DNA of 64,000 nt, taken from assembly GCA_000708835.1 (NCBI GenBank), contig DF237105.1, forward strand, positions 33,783 to 97,782, in the 5' to 3' direction. A model generated the notes under the pieces. That model was not told the origin of the DNA. It worked only from the letters and a program-made list of their open reading frames with translations, and made no database searches. A program made the translations under genes and the position numbers. Numbering within the stretch: the stretch's first letter is position 1; every line of letters begins with the position of its first letter. This stretch comes from Klebsormidium nitens (lineage: Eukaryota; Plantae; Klebsormidiophyceae). Below are positions 60,002 through 64,000 of the stretch, piece by piece.

Positions 60002-62394
60002 AGGTAGGTAAGTAGGGCCTGGGAGCAATTTGTTTGCCAGCCCGCACGCCTCGTCCAACTGCCGTCGCTCCTCGATGCTAAAGGGCCGTGCTCGAGCCTC
60101 CCTAAAGAGATTGACGGCTCGATCGAACGGGTCGAGCGCCTCGTGCACCCAGCCGCGCCGCCCATCGGCCTCGAATCCCGTTGCCCCCCTTGAAAAGACG
60201 GTGATGAGGTAGAGATGGTAGAGGGTGCGCGTGAAGAAGGCCGGAAACGCGAGCCCCTCGTACGCGTCCAGGATGCGCCGCAAGATGGGCGCGTCCCTTG
60301 CCAAGTCTCGCCGGTCCTCAAGAGTTGCCTCGCCCCCAAGCAAAAGCCGCCGGATCACGTGCAACGCGCCAACCCCAATTAGATCCTCGTCTGAGTCGTG
60401 CGCGCCCAAGCAGTAGAGGAGCTCCGTCCACTCCCCCACCCAGTGCAGCCACAGGTCTGGACTCAACCCTCGCCTCTCGAAGTCGGCCTGGATCCCCGTC
60501 AGCAACTCGAGGACGGCCAGATTCCGGTCTCGCACCATCGTGCGCTGGTCGGCAAGCATGCGCCGTCTGCCGTCCTCTGGAAGCGACCCCTCCGCCTCAT
60601 CCGGCCCAAAACGCTTCACGGTCTGGGGGTTCTCGTGGGCCAGCCCGTTCAAGAGCGCTCCAAACTCCGTCTTCGACAACCTCTCCCCGAGCTTCCCGTC
60701 CTGAGGCCTGTGCTGAGAGAGGCGTGCATGCGCTTCTCGCAACTCGGGTAGCAGCAAGAGCTTGCGCTTCAAGCCGCCACCCACAAGACTTGCCCCGCAG
60801 TAGTCGCGACCGGAGATGGGCCGCTTCTCGAGGAGCTCCCCCGTGGAGGTTTGGCTGGGATGGCAGAACGTGCGCCGCGCGTCGAGCGAAGAGCTCCCAA
60901 GACCCCCCGGCTTTTGTCCGCCGTCCGCGCTGGCCAACCCCACAATCCCGTCGCAAATGAGCACCTGAAGAAGAGTCCAATTTTGCGACGGTAGATCAAC
61001 GAGTGTGTCGAGCTCAGGATTGGATTAAAGTGCATGGCTCAGGATCGACCACCCAATCAACGGATTGAAATTTCATTGAATGTCCATTGAATATCGTCGA
61101 ATGTACACGGAATGTCACTGGATGTACACTCAACATCAGCAAATGTACACTGATTGTGGAAGAATGTACACTGATCATCGTCAGGTACCGACATTGCCAG
61201 GCATGTGTCGAAAGATCATGGAACGGACAAACAGCAAAGACACGATAGACAGAAGAATCCTGCGACCGCAAGCCACGTGGCTCACCTGTGGATGCGGCCC
61301 GCACAACGAGCAGCAATCCCGAAGCCCCAGCCCCACCAGCTTGAAGAAGTCGAGGCTTGCCCGACGCCACGTCTCTTCGCTCAGAACCGCCGCGGTTGGG
61401 GTGTACTCGAACGCGGTCTGATCACGCGCGAGCACGGCCCTGAAAGATTGGCCGCTTTGCATGCCCCGCAGAAGGAGCTGGAGGCTTTGTTGGTGAAACA
61501 GCGTACGTTTGGACCAGACGTAGAGCCCCAGATGCTCCCCGTCAAAGTGGACGGCATGGGCCCGGTCCAGGCACGAACAGTGGTACAGCCGCACTCGCAC
61601 CTTCTTGCTCCACGTTGACGCCTCGACGGTAGCCTCTACCCAGGCTTCCATCCATTGAGTTCCGCAAGGAGGGGCTTCAAGGGGGCAAGGGGCGCTCAGG
61701 AGGCCGCGTCGGGAGAGCTCGGCATAGTGGCAGTCTCTGAGCTCGCTAAGGGGCACCGGGAATTGGAGGCATGTGACTAGAGGGTCGTGCACAGTTGAGG
61801 CGTCGCTGGGCCTTGCCAGCTTTGGTTTAGAAACCTGAACGGCTTCCGTAGTCAGCAGCATCATATGACATTGGGCCCGCTCGTGAAGCGCGTGCGCGCA
61901 GGCGCCCTCGATCTTCAGCGAGCTCAGTGTGCAGCTCGAGCAGGCCGCAACCCAGCCGTGGATGGCCTCCTTTCCGCAAGCGTCTAACGGCGGCACCGCC
62001 CCCTCGGGCTCCGCCGGTCGGCCCCGTCCCAGGATGGGCGCACGTGCTTGCGTCTCCCAAAAACTCTTCCCCCTTCTCCTCCGCTTGCCTGCAGGCGGCT
62101 CATGTGCGCCCCCTCCTTCCTCCTGCCCCATGACTTGGGTTTTGCGGCCCTCAGGCTCCGTCTCCGTGGGGCGTGCCTCGCCGAACAGAGCCGCGTGCCT
62201 TTTGCAAAAGCACTCCTCTCCGGCACACGCTCCCCCCTCGTGTGGCCGCCTCTGAAGCAGCCCCAACAAGTACTGCTGTTCATCCGTGAGCTCCCCTCCT
62301 TCTCGAGGCACGAGGCTTCCCTGCGAGGCAACCCCTGTCGGCACCGCCCTTTCGTCCCCGATTTGCGGCAACTCCTCTTCGGACCATTGCTCTA
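60002..62394 (-). pseudogene. KDZ transposase central part (CxC domain + first catalytic Asp)
   Basis: PCPLEAPPCG..HCSC..FDGEHLGL..WRRASLDFF..CSLCGPHPQ, intron 61285-60965 (phase 0), then VLICDGIVG. Confidence 0.85.
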
Positions 62395-63355
62395 GGGCGT
62401 TCGCAGGATCCGGTAGGGCCAATTTCGGCACTTTTAAAAACAAATGATAATAAATACCAAAAAAATGAATCCTCGGTCGAATGTCGTTGGAATCGATCCT
62501 TGGTACACTCCAGTGACTTGGTACCGGTCGGTGGTGCCAAAAAGTACGGCCGTCCGCGCTGAAAAGTACACGTGTACACACGCCGTTGGAGATGTTACCA
62601 TTGTGTGACCACTTGTCAGATTCGGTCATTTATGAACCTGCGCCACGTTTCACTCTCCCATTTGATGCATACTTGGCCGAATCGTGCTCGATTTCGTGCT
62701 ACCGGTAGATAAAACGACCAGTAATCAGTGTACCGGTTTGAATTCTGAAAATTTGGTCGGGAACCGGTAGATTTTATCGGTGCCCGGTTGATGACCGAAA
62801 TTGGATACGGTGCAAAGGGCAACCCACAGAAGTCGGACCAAACGAGCAATTCCCGAGGTCGAACTTGGTCACCGGGCACTACTAGCCGAACTCTAGTTCC
62901 TGGCGTTGTCCGTTAAAATTTTGGGACCCTGACCCGGTTGATAGCGGGTCGACAAAGTTGATTCAATATAAATTTGAATAAATCCTAAAAATAAAATTAC
63001 AGCACAGAGCCCGGGTTTGGCAAGATTTGTGGAAACTTAAGAGATGGGACTCTCGGGTTACCTGAGACGATACTTGTGACCAAGTTTCAGAGGAAAAAAG
63101 TTGCTCCGGGTACAACTTCCAAAGGTTGCCCTTTTCAAAACTGCCGTCTATCGGGCACGTTTTGCATCTACCGGGCAGTTGTCAAAATTTTCGGAACTTT
63201 TTGCGGACTATTTAGAGTTCCCTTTAGGGAACCCAATGCCGAAATCGAAACTTAATTTGACCAAGTTATGTCAAAATGGCGGCCATATAAGTGCCGAGTC
63301 ATTTATTTGGATACTGGTGACAGCCTTTTGGCCCGACCTGATCGTGCGAACGCCC
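62395..63355. mobile_element. 961-bp non-autonomous TIR element (MITE-like) inserted in the KDZ exon
   Basis: Ends gggcgttcgcaggatccggtagggccaa and ttggcccgacctgatcgtgcgaacgccc (3 mismatches in 28 bp); flanks ttgctcta / gccctcta (imperfect 8-bp TSD). Confidence 0.8.
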
Positions 63356-63960
63356 GCCCTCTAACCAGGCAATTGCCGCCTTGGCAAACGGTGCCGATCC
63401 GAACGCCAGCCTCTCGCAATCCGGCACATCCCCTTTGGCGAGAACAGCTCTCGCCGTGCTTATGTGGACGCACTCTGTCAGCGATGGGCAACCGTCTCTC
63501 TTCCCTTCGCAGTGCCAGCTTCCGGCAACACTCTGAAGGAGCATGCGCCGCTTGGCGCACGAGGGGCTTCGGGGGTTGTCGACCACCGCATAGTAGGACC
63601 CCCTATCGTCCCACGAGACCCGCTCAATCTTTTCTCTCTGCCCAAGGGTCTGACTGGTTGGCAGGTCCCAGCTCGGAGCCCAACTGTCGCTCAATGCCGC
63701 CAGGATCAGCTTGTGAACGCATGGGGCGCTCTCCGTTAACCTCCCTCGATGGCACGTGCAGCAGAGCACTCCAAGAGCGTTCCACCACGCCATCTCCGGC
63801 AGCGCGTGGCACTTGTCAGGCTTGCCCAATGGCTTTGGACGGCGGGCCACCCCGTTGTGATTCCACGCTCCAAAGTAGAGAGACAGCTGCACTGGAGAGC
63901 GAGAGCTTCCAGCTGGCTCGATAATCTGGCACTCCTTCCCCTCGTCCACTCTGCTCAAGT
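63356..63960 (-). pseudogene. KDZ transposase N-terminal exon part with two SWIM-like Zn motifs
   Basis: CCTCHRGRLTESAPCVHKL and WHCEGKRDGCPSLTECVHI; same frame as ORF 61181..62629 across the MITE. Confidence 0.75.
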
Positions 63961-64000
63961 AGGCGTTCGCAGGATCAGGTAGGGCTAAAAGGCTGTCAGC
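63961..64000 (+). mobile_element. Left TIR of a second element of the same family, running off the window
   Basis: aggcgttcgcaggatcaggtagggctaaaaggctgtca matches the reverse complement of 63318-63354 at 34 of 37 positions. Confidence 0.75.

Noticed and set aside
62420-62629. N-terminal 70 aa of ORF 61181..62629 as real protein
   Set aside because: This part lies inside the inserted TIR element; the true upstream coding sequence is 63356-63960

Overview
Eukaryotic, repeat-rich nuclear DNA with GT-AG spliceosomal introns, GC-rich exons and two 20-N gaps. The style fits a green alga such as Klebsormidium, but that is inference only. All protein calls come from motif recognition by eye; no database searches were run. 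The left half holds host-type spliced genes (RRM + bacterial-type CxxC zinc ribbon, RING-CH ligase, Crinkler-like REase-kinase), a Sel1/TPR pseudogene and two virus-derived relics (D5-helicase fragment, NCLDV-type DNA-binding domain + T5orf172). The right half (about 38-64 kb) is the unusual part. (i) A phase-consistent multi-exon locus ends in a virus-type AEP/PrimPol primase-Zn finger-UL9-like SF2 helicase fusion, with a 2A-like peptide near its possible start. (ii) Four arrays of about 110-120-bp repeats, each with 13-bp inverted arms around a spacer of about 30-31 bp, sit in its introns and 3' flank. (iii) An intronless Polinton-like-virus-type cassette follows (tyrosine recombinase + Prim-Pol/D5 helicase, no capsid genes seen), broken only by nonsense codons. 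(iv) A KDZ (Kyakuja-Dileera-Zisupton) transposase has been dismembered by a 1.3-kb inversion and TIR-element insertions, and can be rebuilt in frame.
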